Positions 1 to 13,413 of a stretch of DNA of 64,000 bases are shown piece after piece. The DNA is taken from the NCBI GenBank assembly GCA_010093705.1, contig MU006110.1:62001-126000 (forward strand), given 5' to 3'. The stretch's first letter is position 1, and every line of letters starts with the position of its first letter. This DNA comes from Patellaria atrata CBS 101060. Its lineage: Eukaryota. The translations under genes and the position numbers were made by a program. The notes under the pieces were generated by a model, which saw only the letters and a program-made list of their open reading frames with translations, made no database searches and was not told where the DNA came from.

Positions 1-1422
1 TAAATTCAATCGACTTCGATGTAGTCGAAGGGGGAAAGTATGCAGTTTTCGGCACAACAATCAGATATCTGGGTGCTCTCCTTTCAGGTACAGTCTCACT
101 GTTCGCGGTCAATATAGAAATCCCCTAAACGACGCCCAGCATACGACTTGTTAACTACAACTCATAAACGCTTGGTTTCGGACCTACCTCCAGCGAAGAT
201 TCAAACTCTGTTGTCCCAAGCAGAAAGGTTAGGTATGAGACTGGCACCCGCTTTCAGCACCCCCTATGGTATAAATCATCATACTCTATTTCCAAACGGT
301 TCGTTTGAGAATCCCCATAATGACCATACTGATATCACCTCCATATCTGGGCTTGTCCTCGAGTTCACCCACCTCTCTTCTCTAACAGGCAATTCTACAT
401 ACGGCACACTGGCCCAGAAGTCTATGTTGAATCTCTTGAACCCTAAACCCGACCCCGTATCCTCGTACCCAGGCCTGCTCCCCAAACACGTCAACATCAC
501 CACTGGTGTCTTCGAAACCGAGGACTTGGGCGGCTGGTCACACTCCGGTGGCGGTTTCTACGAAATGCTAATGAAGAACTACGTCTACGACCCTACCGGT
601 TTTTCTGACTACCGAGATACCTGGATCCACGCGGCCGATTCCACCATCAAGAACCTAGCCTCGCATCCTCTGCAACGGCCCGATCTCACCTTCCTCGCCG
701 ACTTCCAGGGTGACAAACTCATCTACCGCGCTGACGCGAGCGGAATGTTTGCCCCCGCGAACTTCATTCTCGGCGGGGCCGTGACGGGAGAGAAGCGCTT
801 CGTAGATTTTGGTCTTCGGCTCCTGAAATCGTACGTCTCGTTGTACGAGGCCACCACCTCAGGGCTAGCTCCCGACGTTATTTCATGGATCCCTGCGACC
901 TGTACTTCGGATGATGTCGACACGAAACCCGAGTGCCGTGTCCCCGAGGAATACGCGACACAAGAGGAGAGCGGGTTCGTCAAGAAACACGGGTTTTGGG
1001 CCACAGATTCCAGATACCTTCTCCGGCCCGAGGTGCTAGAGAGCTTATACTACGCCTACCGAATCACCGGGGATCGGAAATACCAACGAATTTCCTTCGA
1101 CCTGGCAACGAAAATCATCCACGCGTGTTGGGTCGAGTCTGGGTTCGCGGAACTGAAAGACGTCAACGTAGCTCTGAATCAGACGTTGACGGAGGGTAAG
1201 AATGATTGGATGAGCAGCTATATGCTGAGCGAGGTGCTGATGTATGCGTATATTGTGCATGTTGAGGTTGGTGAACTGATGCTTGAAGATGGGCAGATTA
1301 TGAAAATGGCTGATGATGGTGAGCAGGATGATCAGTCGTGGCATGTGGGGCGGAAGAGGATGGAATGGGTTTTTAGTACGCAAGGGCATCCGTTGAGAGT
1401 GAAAGCGAGTGTGAAATCATGA
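1..1422 (+). CDS. GH47 class I alpha-1,2-mannosidase-like protein (5' truncated; catalytic residues degenerate)
   Basis: The frame from base 3 reads NSIDF...VFGTTIRYLGALLS, and intron 88-139 joins it to AYDLL. It has the GH47 motifs LVLEFTHLS, FYEMLMK, YLLRPEVLESLYYAYRITGD and FSTQGHPL. There is a probable in-frame intron at 1267-1326. Confidence 0.9.
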
Positions 1423-2016
1423 TGTTGTAACGTGATAGGTGGAAGAGGCGGTAATGGTTTTGATCCCCAAGTCTTCGATTTCAGTTCCCTTGAATATGAA
1501 ACTTATTTCTGAACAATGGTGCTCTGATAATTGCAGTATGAAGATCACTGGATGCACAGTTTCTTGGACAATGATAGTAATGATATCTGAATAGCTAATG
1601 TTGCAAGCTCTTTCCTTTGTAGACTAGCTATGCATGTATTGCTCCCTCCCAGAGGAAATGTCCTTCAAGTACTGCGTATAGAGCCAGAAAATGAGAGAAA
1701 CAGAAGGATAAAGACCGTGTAAAACATGAATACATCAATAATACAGAGGCACTTATCAAATTGGAGTCGAACCTTTATCCGTTTTTATGATACCCTACCC
1801 ATCCCTATCCCATTGATTATGACCCATCTCTTGTGTGTAACGCCGAAATCCATGCATATACTGATTGAACCCACACGACCATGTAGCCCCTTAGTATGCT
1901 CGAAAACGCCCATCTTCCGCTGAAGTGCATGAAATTACTCAAGAACGCCTCATTTGCCGCTGAAGGGTGTGGAAAGAACTTCAAGAGAGAATATCGCTAA
2001 TATTTTTGTCTTGAAT

Positions 2017-2939
2017 TCAGAAGCAGAAGTATAACACGCCTCCAACTCCGGTCAATCCAACGCCGAAATACCACCAGTAGTCTGCGTTGTAGCGTTTTAT
2101 CCTGTTCCTGAAAGCTTTGTAGTTCAAGGGTAACTCAGAGTCCTCTGGAGAAACCGTTCTTTTCGCTTTGCCACCAGAAGTTGCGGTAGGCGTATCTGTC
2201 GGGTTGAGCGTGGTCGTTGGGAGCATCTGAGGCGGTTTGAAGGAGAGGTACAACGGCTGTTGAGGGGAACCGTCGAACATGAACAAATTAAGTCGCATTA
2301 TGTTATGGTACGGATCTACGAACACTTCATACCTCTGTAGGGGACAAGTTAGAATTCAGTATTGGTTACAATATTGAGAGATTCTGACCTACCTCAAATA
2401 TTTCGGGTTGACTATAGCGAAGGTATATGCCTCGGTCATAGTTGCAGGGGTCTGATGTTAATTGTCGACCATCCACGGAAATCGGGCTGAGCGAGAGAGA
2501 GCCGTTTACTAGCTTTTCGTATGTGCCATGCTGCCACTGCATCACTCCTTTGGGACAGGCTGGATTGACCGCTATGGATAGAAAATCAGTTGGAGTTTGC
2601 AACCGAGACAATGCAGTGGATCCTTACGGTTTGCGACTGCCCTGTAAAAAGCAGATTCATAGTGGCCGTTGTCGGTAAAGGAATAGGAGATACCAGTATG
2701 CTCTGGTTCGATCATCTTGTCTCGGATTGGATCGTAGAACCTCTACAACTACTGTCAGGATTCGTTTACAGATGACATGTGGGAAGCATTGGAACAGGAA
2801 ATGCTCTTACTGGCCCAGTAAATGTCCTGTTCGACTTAGAAGACCAAGTTCCCACAAGTTGCGGGTCAATCGCGACTTGCGCCGACACCAGATAGGCGCC
2901 AGCACCCACTAGAATCCATGATACAAGCGAATGTAGCAT
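2017..2939 (-). CDS. ROT1: ER chaperone Rot1 (multi-exon)
   Basis: Signal peptide followed by LVGTWSSKSNRTFTGP, AVNPACPKGVMQWQHGTY, PISVDGRQLTSDPC and PPQMLPTTTLNP, with a C-terminal TM segment (WWYFGVGLTGVGGVLYFCF). Confidence 0.92.
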
Positions 2940-3493
2940 TCTGGAGAGTAGTATAAAGAAGGAATGGGGTTGTGGAGCGAGTGGACGTTCAATCGGAGGG
3001 TGTTGAGATGTAGTCGAGGGTTAGAGGCGAAGAAAGGTACATTGGTATTTCTACTGTATACAAACTTAGAAAAGTATCGGCATCATCATCGGCTCGGCTT
3101 CAAAATTCTAAGAAGGGGCTTTCTTGGCAAGCCACACCACAGGCCAGCATTACTTAGTCAGCCGGACTTGAATAACTTACCTTACCTTAGCACAAATGGA
3201 ACCCAAGGTGTATTTACAGTGAAGTGGAGTAACCAAAGGTACTTAGGTACCGTACATCAGTGAATATAGTGAGAGGGACGGCCCGGGAACCTTAGGTTAA
3301 GTGATACTGTATTTTACAGTAATTTCTTGCTGGAGTTTCGAATATCAGAATTCTTTCGAGCACATGAACAAGGCGATCAAGTACAACGAGTACAGTGAGG
3401 TACATACAGTAGCTAGTTCAAGCCAGAAGCGATATATTAAAGCGCAGGTATAAGGTACCTACTGTAGCACTTTGTACTGTATGATTACGCGTC

Positions 3494-4320
3494 ATGACGG
3501 CTCTCCGCGCTGCGAAACGAGAGCTTCGAAAAGTCATCAAAGATGCTTTATCCGCGGTTTCTGAAGATAAGATATCCGGCCAAAGTCTGGTATTCTAAAC
3601 ACTTAATCCTGAATCCTTTTGCTGACCGACTTCCTACAGCTGCAACTGCTATAAAATTAGTTTTTTCCTTACCGGAATATCAATCCGCAAAAAGGATCAG
3701 TATCTATCTCTCCATGCCAACTGGTGAGATCTCGACGGGAGCCCTTGTTCATGATGCTCTAGAAAAGTCAAAAAAGGTATTCATTCCGCACACCTATAAG
3801 CTCTCAAATCCGCAACCGGGCCAACCATCATCGGTGATGGACATGATAGAAATACGCTCAATTGAAGATTACGAAGCTCTCAAACTTGACAAATGGGGCA
3901 TTCCGACTCTCGACGAGGACGCGATCGATGGCCGAGTGAATAGCTTCGGTGGGAAAGGAAAATCACTAGGGAAAGCAGAGCTTCCTCGAACCAAAGGAGG
4001 TCTCGATCTCATTGTAATGCCCGGCATGGTTTTCGACTTGAATTTTGGACGACTCGGGCACGGCAAGGGATTCTATGACTTTTTCCTGGATCGGTATCAA
4101 CAGTACAGCAACCACGCGGGATCGAAAATGCCCTTTCTTGGTAAGCCTATCTACTTCGATTTTCCTCGTTTAACGTTCTTCAGTTGACTGTAAGATCTAC
4201 AGTCGGGCTCACATTAATTGAACAACTACTTCCCGCAAATGAATCCGTTCCAATGGACACTACAGACTGGCGTTTGGATGCATTAATAACCGGCGATGGC
4301 CACATCTTACGCTCGAATAA
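3494..4320 (+). CDS. FAU1: 5-formyltetrahydrofolate cyclo-ligase
   Basis: Starts MTALRAAKRELRK. Motifs SIYLSMPTGEIST, WGIP and LDLIVMPGMVFD...RLGHGKGFYD. Introns at 3585-3639 and about 4141-4202; last exon ends DWRLDALITGDG...*. Confidence 0.92.
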
Positions 4321-4467
4321 ATAGCAACGCCGTTGAGACCTCACGCCGCATCGATGCGACCGTACTTTTGATAGCTGAGAGGTGCTGAGCCGTACTTTCG
4401 TAATGTCTCATATCTCCAAAGTCTATCCCTCTCAAGTCCCACGAGATTCGCCCCAGCCTTGCTCATA

Positions 4468-4873
4468 TCATACTTGTAGACTTTGAATTAAAGAAACATT
4501 GTCCCCTTTCAACAAGATTTGGCCTTGAATCCTTGTTAGTGCCTGAATCGTTGATGATACTATAAGTGCGCGTGAACATACCAAGTTGCCTTCTCGACTC
4601 TGCTTTATCCTTTGTCGCAAGTTTGATCTCAACTGCATCGTCAATAACGAGGTTCATGAACTCGTCGAAGCCCTGTAACGATGTTGTTAGCTGCAGTCCG
4701 TATGAGACGCGTGCAGAGGGTGCAAATCGACTTACCCTGATCTTTCCTTCGATTCTAATACCCAATTGCTCATACAACCATATCTGGACCGTAGACCGTT
4801 GCTGTAAGAGCTTAAATATGAAATTGATAGGCGGAAGTAGAACCTTTCCACGTCCACCACCGCGACCAGCCAT
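4468..4873 (-). CDS. SME1: Small nuclear ribonucleoprotein SmE (3 exons)
   Basis: [13 protein letters not shown]...[16 protein letters not shown] / [15 protein letters not shown] / [14 protein letters not shown] (Sm motifs). Confidence 0.96.
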
Positions 4874-5384
4874 GACTTAGGGACAGATTACCTTTTTTAA
4901 GAAGACTTGTCGTGGCAGAGGGAGAAGGGCTCTTATTCTTGCCGACTGTGTGAATGCGTGATAGCTTGAGACGTTGCGGCGTATTGCTGAATGTGGTGTG
5001 TAGGTCGGCGCGGCTGTACTTTCTAGCTCTATGAGGCTCAACTCCAAAATGCAAAAATGCGGCAGAACTCAAAATGCCAAGACCGGCTTTGTCGTCAGAC
5101 AGGAACTTCAAAGACGGGTCATTGTTCACCTCAGAGAGAACCACCCGCAAACTCGAAACTCAAAGCTCTTTAATTTCCACCAGCAACAAGCGAACTCAAA
5201 CTCTTGATTGACCTACTCAATCTTTTAATTTCTTGATTCAAGACTTCTCTTTTGCGCACTTCAAAGTTTGCGTCATAGGCGCGTTACGGAGAGGAACGAG
5301 TCCAATGCTCCTACAAACATCATAAGAGATCCCACATACATATTCCGTCTACCCCCCTCTCTGCGCGATCTAGCTGCATCAATC

Positions 5385-8300
5385 ATGGCCACAAACGGTG
5401 CTGGACAACAGGCCTTCGCGCCGATATTGAATGCCTTGGCTACTCTACAATCTCATGGTGATCGAGCGCAGAAGGGCCAGGCTCATGAGTTCCTGGAGAA
5501 ATTTCAGAAATCGGTAAGACCACAAACCGTACGCGCGATACCTCAAATTGCCTAATCCGGCTTGTATAGACCGAAGCTTGGAGCACGACCTTTGAAATTT
5601 TGCAAGATCCCGCTCTCGCGCCAGAGGCCAGAGTCTTTGCCGCTACAACCTTAAAGGGCAAGGTTAGTACGACCCAGGAACCATAACCTGTTCTAAGATA
5701 AGAGCTTACTGCGCGCAAGATTACATTTGATTTACATCAACTGCCGAGGGAGTCTCTCTCCGATTTACGAAACACCCTCCTCGATATTCTTAATACCTAC
5801 CGAGCTGGCCCTAGACCGGTCAGAACACAGCTGTGTGTCTGTTTGGCGAACTTGGCCATCCAGATGACGGAATGGAAGGATGTAGTCCCATTGGTAGTAT
5901 CTACGCTTGGGAATGACTCGCAGAGCATCCCATGCGTTCTCGATTTCCTACGCGTCCTCCCAGAAGAAGTAACTGAGGGACGAAAGATTAACCTGACTGT
6001 ACGTTTGGCGGAGATATCCATTTCTAAGGCGTATCTCGACAATTCTCGGATCAGCATCACAATCTAATTCTCTCTGCTACATAGGAAGAAGCACTCCAAG
6101 ATCGAACTAAAGAGCTACTCGAGGATAATGCCCAGCAAGTTATCACCCTCTTAGCTCAATATTCCCAGTCTTCAGGTGTGTCCCCTAAACAAGAATGTTC
6201 GATGAGTTTACTAAACTTTGGTCCCAGAATCTGCGTCTAAGAACCCACAATTGCTCGAGTGCCTCAATTCGTGGTCAAGGGAGGTTCCCATGAATGACAT
6301 TGTAAACTCGAGATTGTTAGGGATAATCCTCGATGCCCTATCAGCCGATGAACCATTTGACGCGGCCGTCGAATGTATCTGCTCCATACTCAAAGAAACC
6401 AGGGATGTGGATGAATCCATGAATATTATCCAAACGCTATACCCACGTATATGCGGACTACGTCCTCATATTGTCCAATCTATTGCTGCAGAAGACAATG
6501 ATAGATTCAAAGGCTTTACTAAGATTTTTGCAGAAGCTGGTGAATCATGGGTTTTACTCGTCGCTCGGATGCCTGAACAATTTAGGGAGTTAGTGGAAGC
6601 CATTCTCGAGTGTGCCGCCAGGGACCGGGAACGAGAAGCGATTTCCTATACCTTCACGTTCTGGTATGAGCTGAAACAATATCTCACCTTGGAGAAGTAT
6701 ATTCAAGCTCGTCTGCAGTATGTCGATGTCTACTCCAAGCTCGTCGATATCATGATTGGACACTTGCAGTTCCCTCAGCCTGAAAGTGGTAACGAAAAGG
6801 ATTTATTCGAAGGGGACCGAGAACAGGAAGAGAAATTTCGAGAATTCCGCCACCAAATGGGCGACGTCCTCAAAGACTGTTGTGAAGTTATAGGAGTGAC
6901 CGAGTGCCTACGAAAGTCCTATACATTGATTGAAGAGTGGGTGCACGCTCACGGTTCACAGGCAACAACGGGGAATGTGCCGCAATGGCAGAAATTGGAA
7001 GCTCCACTGTTTAGCTTAAGAGCTATGGGTCGCATGGTGCCCGTTGAAGAGAACATCATGCTACCCCAACTCATACCTCTTATTGTTCAGATTCCCAACA
7101 ATGAGAAAATCCGGTTTCAAGCCGTCATGGCGCTAGGTCGGTATACTGAGTGGACGGCCCATCATCCCGAAACACTTCAGCCACAACTCAATTACATTAT
7201 GGAGTCTTTCGAATATCCTTCCAAAGAGGTTGTTCGCGGCGCGGCTCTATCTTTCAAATTCTTTTGCAATGATTGTGCGGAGTTATTGAAGGATTTCACC
7301 CCTCAACTACAACAATTTTACGAGACTACACTCCCAAAGCTCGCACCGAGTAGTCAGGACGAGATCACCGATGGCGTGGCCTCTGTGCTAGCAAAACAAC
7401 CCGCGGACCAAGTTTACGAGAGTATGAAATTGTTCTGTGATCCTGTGGTGAAGAGCATAATGGCTATGGCGGACCAGGCCACGGATGACAAATCTAGACT
7501 AGCCCTTGCAGGTATGTACATATACCTCCTTACTGTTGTTCACTTACTAACGAGAAGAACTAGATAAGTTGCAGTTGCTCACTATCTTCGTACAGTGGGT
7601 TCAGCCGTACGTCGAACCAGACGTACCAAACCCAGCGGTCAAATACTGCCAAGAAATATTTCCAGTTTTAGCAGCAATAGCGGACAACTTCGTAACCTGC
7701 ACACCTGTAGTGGAACGTATTTGTCGCTGCTGGAGATACATGGTGTTGTCTTATCGCACGGCAATGGCATCTTTGTTGCCACTGTTGGCTAACAAACTGG
7801 TTTCTGGGTTTACCACCTCACGTCAGGGATGTTTTCTGTGGGCCACTGACTCTATAGTGCGCGAGTTCTCCGAAGGCATCGAGCATGTTGATCAAGCAAC
7901 GACCGATGCTGTCTATCTATTCTATGAACAACAAGCAACGATATTCCTCAGGGCTCTAAATGATCTTCCTCCCGAGGAACTCCCAGATGGTAAGTTTAAC
8001 CGTCTGCTCCCTTATCCTCGCTGTATCTGATAACTGCGGACCAGTAATCGAGGATTTCTTCCGGTTGATGCTCGATATACTTCTATACTACCCCTTTAAG
8101 GCGATCCCATCTCCTCTGATGGCGTCTATTCTCTTAGCAGCTTCAACTTCGTTAACTCTCCTGGGCGAATCTCCTCTTATGATAACGTTGCACTTCCTTC
8201 GAGACTTCCTTGCATACGGCGGAGAAGACGCACCATCCTCTAGTTTCGATCATCCTCAACAAGAGAATCCTCCAACCATTAGGAACGCCGTGAAACAACT

Positions 8301-8707
8301 ACTCATTGAGCAGGGAGAGGTGTTGGTACAGCGAATCATGACGGGAATGATGTACAGCTTCCCTCGTGATTGTTTCCCTGACGCGTCTGGGGTTCTTCTA
8401 GGGATGTTTCGTCTCATTCCAGAGCAAGTTGCCGAGTGGGTTAAGAATACAGTGGCTCTTCTCCCTCCTGGCTCGATCAATCCTCAAGAATCCGAACGCT
8501 TGATCAACAATATCAACCAGTAAGTCCGATGGAAGGAAACGTAGACGATAAAACTAATGAATATTTCGCAGACGAATCCGTTCCGGTGAGTTGACCAAGG
8601 TAAGAACGTTGTTGCAGGACTTCACAACCGCATACCGGCGACGCAATGTCGCTCCCAGAGAAGGATTAGGCAGATTGGAAGCGACCAGATTCAGGTTTGC
8701 CGGATAG
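5385..8707 (+). CDS. MTR10: Importin-beta family karyopherin Mtr10 / transportin-SR (multi-exon)
   Basis: AHEFLEKFQKS, FAATTLKGK, LCVCLANLAIQM, FREFRHQMGDVLKDCC, WQKLEAPLFSLRAMGR, and C-terminal YRRRNVAPREGLGRLEATRFRFAG*. Confidence 0.93.
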
Positions 8708-10311
8708 CATCCTCAGTGCATATTAGGAGCCCAATGACACGTTTTGTGTTTTCGGGACGATGACTTTATGACTGATAGAGAAGCTGTGGACGCAGTCAAG
8801 CTGCAACGATTTATGTGCACGATGAGAGAGATATTCAGCATTTTCAGCGCGCGATGGAAGTCATAGCGAGGGTGGGGGTTGGGACAAGTCTGACTCTTTC
8901 CTAAGTTTCTGTGGTGACTGATATCAAGACGATACGAGAGCATATTGCGAGCTTAGGCTCGGTTACGATGGATAGTAATGGTTCGAAGACATATCGGCAG
9001 CATTATGCTGGTAGGTAGTAGGTAGGCAGTAGGGTAGATCGATTAGGATAGGAGTGCTCCCTCGGGGAAGATGAACAAACCACTATCTTCCCCGTAACGA
9101 AGCAAATTCCTCAAAAGCACAATGTGGACGAGTACGCGCCCTCTCACCTGGCCCGAGTCGCTCGAAAGAATCTGAATCGTGAGTGCGAGGGACCAGGAAT
9201 CAGGAATGCTTCCTGTCATTTACTACTACAGTATCACAGCGTAAAGCGGCCCAACAATCCCACGCCCGCAGCAACCTGATGGCCGGCACGTTTTTTCAGC
9301 TGCATGCTCAAGAAACTACTGTATATGCATGGAAAACGAGCAAGGTTCCTGAAAAAAAAACAAAACCCTCAGTTTCAGACGTTCAGCAGAGCAGGCAGCC
9401 AGTCCTGTAAAGTTGTAATAGGTGCAAATTATATCTCCTAGTCTTGTGGTATCGTCAGCCACTCTCAGCACTGAGCGGTAGGGTTGTTTTCCACCATATC
9501 GCAATAATGAACCAGGTCCACGTTGGAGATCATAAGGTCTGGGATTCACGGGATAAGGCAAGGTCCCTAATCTTACCCTTAACAATTTTTCATTTTGCTT
9601 TAAGGGATATTCCGAAGATTTTATGGGTCCGTAAGGATTCCTTGTAGGCTGAAGAACTCGTGGCTTGAGTTCTACTGTAAAGTACAGGACGGAGTACATA
9701 CTACAGTACAGTAGTTTTAAGCATCCACAACATCCTTCTAATTCCAGACTACCAAGAGTCAAGATTCCCAAGGAAACTTCACTGACTTCCCCGACTCCCA
9801 GACTCGCAGATTCTCCAACGTTAGGCTCGGTATGCCCAGCAGAGTGGCACGCTGGATGCGTACCCGCCTGAAGCCCCCGAAAGCCGGTCGATCGTCTGCA
9901 AGACAGCTGTGGGCGAGCGAATTGGGAGGCTGGTTCGATAGTGCCAGCTGTGTTTAGCTGTGCCATTCCTTCGATATCCTCCGGGTTTCTGTGTCATCTT
10001 GACAGGTATTGTTGGTCTACCGGAATGCACACGCGACTGATGCAGCAATGCTGGCGCTTCTAGGTATTAGATTAGTAGGTTCTCAGACCTGCAGCTCGCA
10101 TCTCTTGGGCGTCGTCCTGGACTCGTGGGCGTCTTCTCCTCGTGGCTCTTCTGGCCCTCGCAGGAGGTTCCGGGTCCCGACAGCAGAAAATGACGCGGTG
10201 ACGGTATCAGGATGATGACTCTGGTTTATTCATTCGCAATTCTGGCATCTTTATCTGGCGCCGATGGCCGATAACTCCGATGGGTCGATCTGCCCCAAGC
10301 GCCAGGCTTTA

Positions 10312-10348
10312 TACTGTAGGGTACTGTAGGGTACTGTAGGGTACTGTA
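10312..10348. repeat. 10-bp tandem repeat (TACTGTAGGG) x ~3.7
   Basis: tactgtaggg tactgtaggg tactgtaggg tactgta, read directly. Confidence 0.9.
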
Positions 10349-11087
10349 CGGAGCATACCGTAACAATAAATAAGGGTAATAACTCATGGCCTTACTCGTA
10401 AGGTGATGCAGATATCATCCACAACTAGGCTACGAGATCTTCTAGGTGAACTATAACGGAGCTAAACAGACTAGAGTATATTTTAAAAAAGTGCTAAATA
10501 CAGGTATCGTCACTTAGAACTTGAACTACAGTAGCTCAAGACGCAAAAGACCCGAAATCGAAACCTGGAATTTAGAAGCATCGTTATTCTGAATGCCACA
10601 TCTGATATCTCCTCTGGCTTCTCAGCACCCAACCTCATTACTGAAGGAAGGGTCTGGATGTGAGATCCCACGTCTGCTTTGCCTTCGGCCGCATTCCCCC
10701 TATGGCCACAGGTCAAGCACAGGGGGAGTGTTAGAGGCCGATGTGATGTTACTCATTATGTACAGTACTGTTCTGTAGTTCTACTTGGTACTGAGGTTCT
10801 GCAGAGATATGATGCTTGCAGGCGGAAGACTGTCAGATTGAGCAATGCCGTGCCAGGTATGGAAGGCCGTAGCCCAAACGAGTTGGGGGTTGAAGGAAGC
10901 TGAGGAGATTCCCAAGGGAAACTGTTGCCTATAAAGTCGCAATAAGAATGTATTGCGGCCGTAGAAGCAAAAGGGTGTTCCCTACACGCATATGTATGAG
11001 TCCCAGGGCCAGGTTTCTAGTTCCAGGTTGTGTAAATAATGTGCAGCTGGTAGAACTACTGGTGTGGTTAAAGGAGTTTTGAGTGAT

Positions 11088-11238
11088 TTCTCTCCCAATT
11101 GTCCCTCTTTCTCTCTCCCCTCTCCCCCATCTCCCCCCCTCTCCCCCATCTCTCCCCATCTGTCCCCATCTCTCCCCATCTCTCCCAATCTCTCCCAATC
11201 CCTCCCCATCTCTCCCCATCTCTCCACATCTCTCCCCC
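11088..11238. repeat. Pyrimidine-rich degenerate 10-mer tandem array (CTCCCCATCT-like)
   Basis: About 12 imperfect copies of tctccccatc / tctcccaatc. The short ORFs over this stretch are artefacts of the repeat. Confidence 0.9.
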
Positions 11239-11538
11239 GGGATCCCTTTACACTTCTGCATTCTGCAGCCGCACCCTTCCAATAGTCTGGTGCATAGAGC
11301 GCCCACTTCACTTGGAAAAGCGACTATTCTTCTCTTGGTAACCCTCTAGCAGAAGTGCAGAACTACAGTAGTATGCAGGCTGATCAGACGCAGCCGTGTA
11401 CGCCTCTTTTCGTTGGAGAAATCTTCTCTTCTCCCCTTTACGTTTGTTCTACAGTACCTCTCTGCTCGCTCTTGTCAAACTTCAACCTCCCAAAGAGTTT
11501 AAACGCTTTAGCGCAAGGATCCGGTGGATCTACAGCCT

Positions 11539-11648
11539 NNNNNNNNNNNNNNNNNNNNNNNNNNNNNNNNNNNNNNNNNNNNNNNNNNNNNNNNNNNNNN
11601 NNNNNNNNNNNNNNNNNNNNNNNNNNNNNNNNNNNNNNNNNNNNNNNN
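11539..11648. other. Assembly gap (110 N)
   Basis: Run of N characters. Confidence 1.
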
Positions 11649-12424
11649 CGAAACCTTGCGTACATCAGACAACATGGATAGTTCAAACCTTCCTGCACCG
11701 TACACCTTTTAGCCATTGCGGACCTGCGAATCTTCTCAACGTTCTTCACTTTAACTTCAGCTTACTTTACTACTGACTTGTGTCTTCATCTATTCGGGAG
11801 CGGAGGTTGAAGACTTTCGAAGTGCAGCACTGCAGCGCCGCATCTGAGGGGAACACCACCCCGGGATTTTCTGGCAACCCTTGTCGTATCCAATCTACTG
11901 CTTTCTACAGAAGCACAAAAGTTGAAAGTATACAATTGGATATACATGGCAAATGTCTATTTTGGGATCAACATTTTCCCTTTCCACCCTCACCGGCAAC
12001 CACTCGACGCTCTTCTCTAACCTCCTCGTCCTCCTCATCATCCCGTAGAATCTCCCACCTTGTCATACTCTAAGGTATCTTTCAGCCACTTTGGTGCTAT
12101 CTACTATTCCCCCACATGCCATAATACTGTACCTTAGCCCCGCCGTTTCTGCTCTTCGTTGTTTTTCTACCACGGTTCGCATTCTAATTCGAGCTTTGAG
12201 CCTCTTACCCTACCGGTACTAAATGAGCCTCGGACCACCAGTTCTTCCGTCTTTAACATCCGCGAGTTAATAATTGAGAGACGTCTTGCTTTTCCGTCTA
12301 CTGTCTACACCCCGCAGTCTATATCCATCATCCATAAGGTGCTCACGTGAAATCCAAATCCACTCAAGCCTTCCGTGAGAGGAACCATTGCATCTCGTAT
12401 TCGCCGCCTTGTGCTCATGCTCAA

Positions 12425-12758
12425 ATGGCGTCTAACGGAGCGACCCTGAGTGCTCAGGGTGGCTTGAACGATATTCCAGATGCCTCGCAAGCGACGAATT
12501 CTCCCATTCCGCCGCTCAACCCAAAGCAACGGAAAAGGACTAAAACCGGATGCTTGACCTGTCGGAAACGGAGGATAAAGTGTGGGGAAGAGCGTCCCAT
12601 ATGTGCGAATTGCGTCAAATCCAAACGTCACTGCGAAGGTTACAACCAGCGAGTAATCTTCAAACCTCCTCTTGGCGACTGGTCTAATATTCAGCATGGG
12701 CACGGAAGCACGCTTGCGTACCATAGTGGTATGCTTCCCGGAAGTCGACCTACCTTCC

Positions 12759-12798
<40 letters not shown>

Positions 12799-13380
12799 CC
12801 AACAACACCAACAACAACCTCCAGCTGCTGCTTCTACGCCTGTCCCTATCCTTCCGGTCCAAGCACGAACGCAGCCTCAGCATGAATTCAGTACTTATGA
12901 GCCGATCGCGGCGGCTACAATGGGTATAGGGCCCTTCATCCCTTCTCTTCCACCGGGAGCGGAAATTGAGTATCTTTCGCAGTATCAGGCCCAAGTTCCG
13001 CCATCTCCTTTGCATCCTCAACCTTACCCCGTAGCTTCTGGTCAAGGCTTATATGCCCCTCAGCATATCCTATCGGGCGTCTCCAGACCTGAGGATAATC
13101 GATTTGTGCTACAGAGACCGCAGTATACAATTCCCTTCACTCAAACAGATGCTCTATCGTCAGCACAGCACCTTCTCGCTTCCTCCTCTCAAAGCTATCC
13201 AGACACACAGATAAGCCCTCTTCCTAGTCAGATCGCTTGGGCACCAAGTGTGGAAGCTCCGCAGTACAAGGGACCAAACATCTCGTACAACGAGCAGGCT
13301 CGGGATGACCGCCTACGACATGAAGGCCGAAAGCAACCCATTACGGCTTCAGACTGGCATTCTGCACAAGTATTTGTGCC

Positions 13381-13413
<33 letters not shown>

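Noticed and set aside
9316..9966. 216-aa minus-strand ORF
   Set aside because: No recognisable motif or coding-like composition, and it lies in TACWGTA-rich intergenic DNA.
10929..11349. Overlapping G/E/R-rich and P/S/L-rich ORFs on both strands
   Set aside because: They are by-products of the stop-free pyrimidine tandem repeat.
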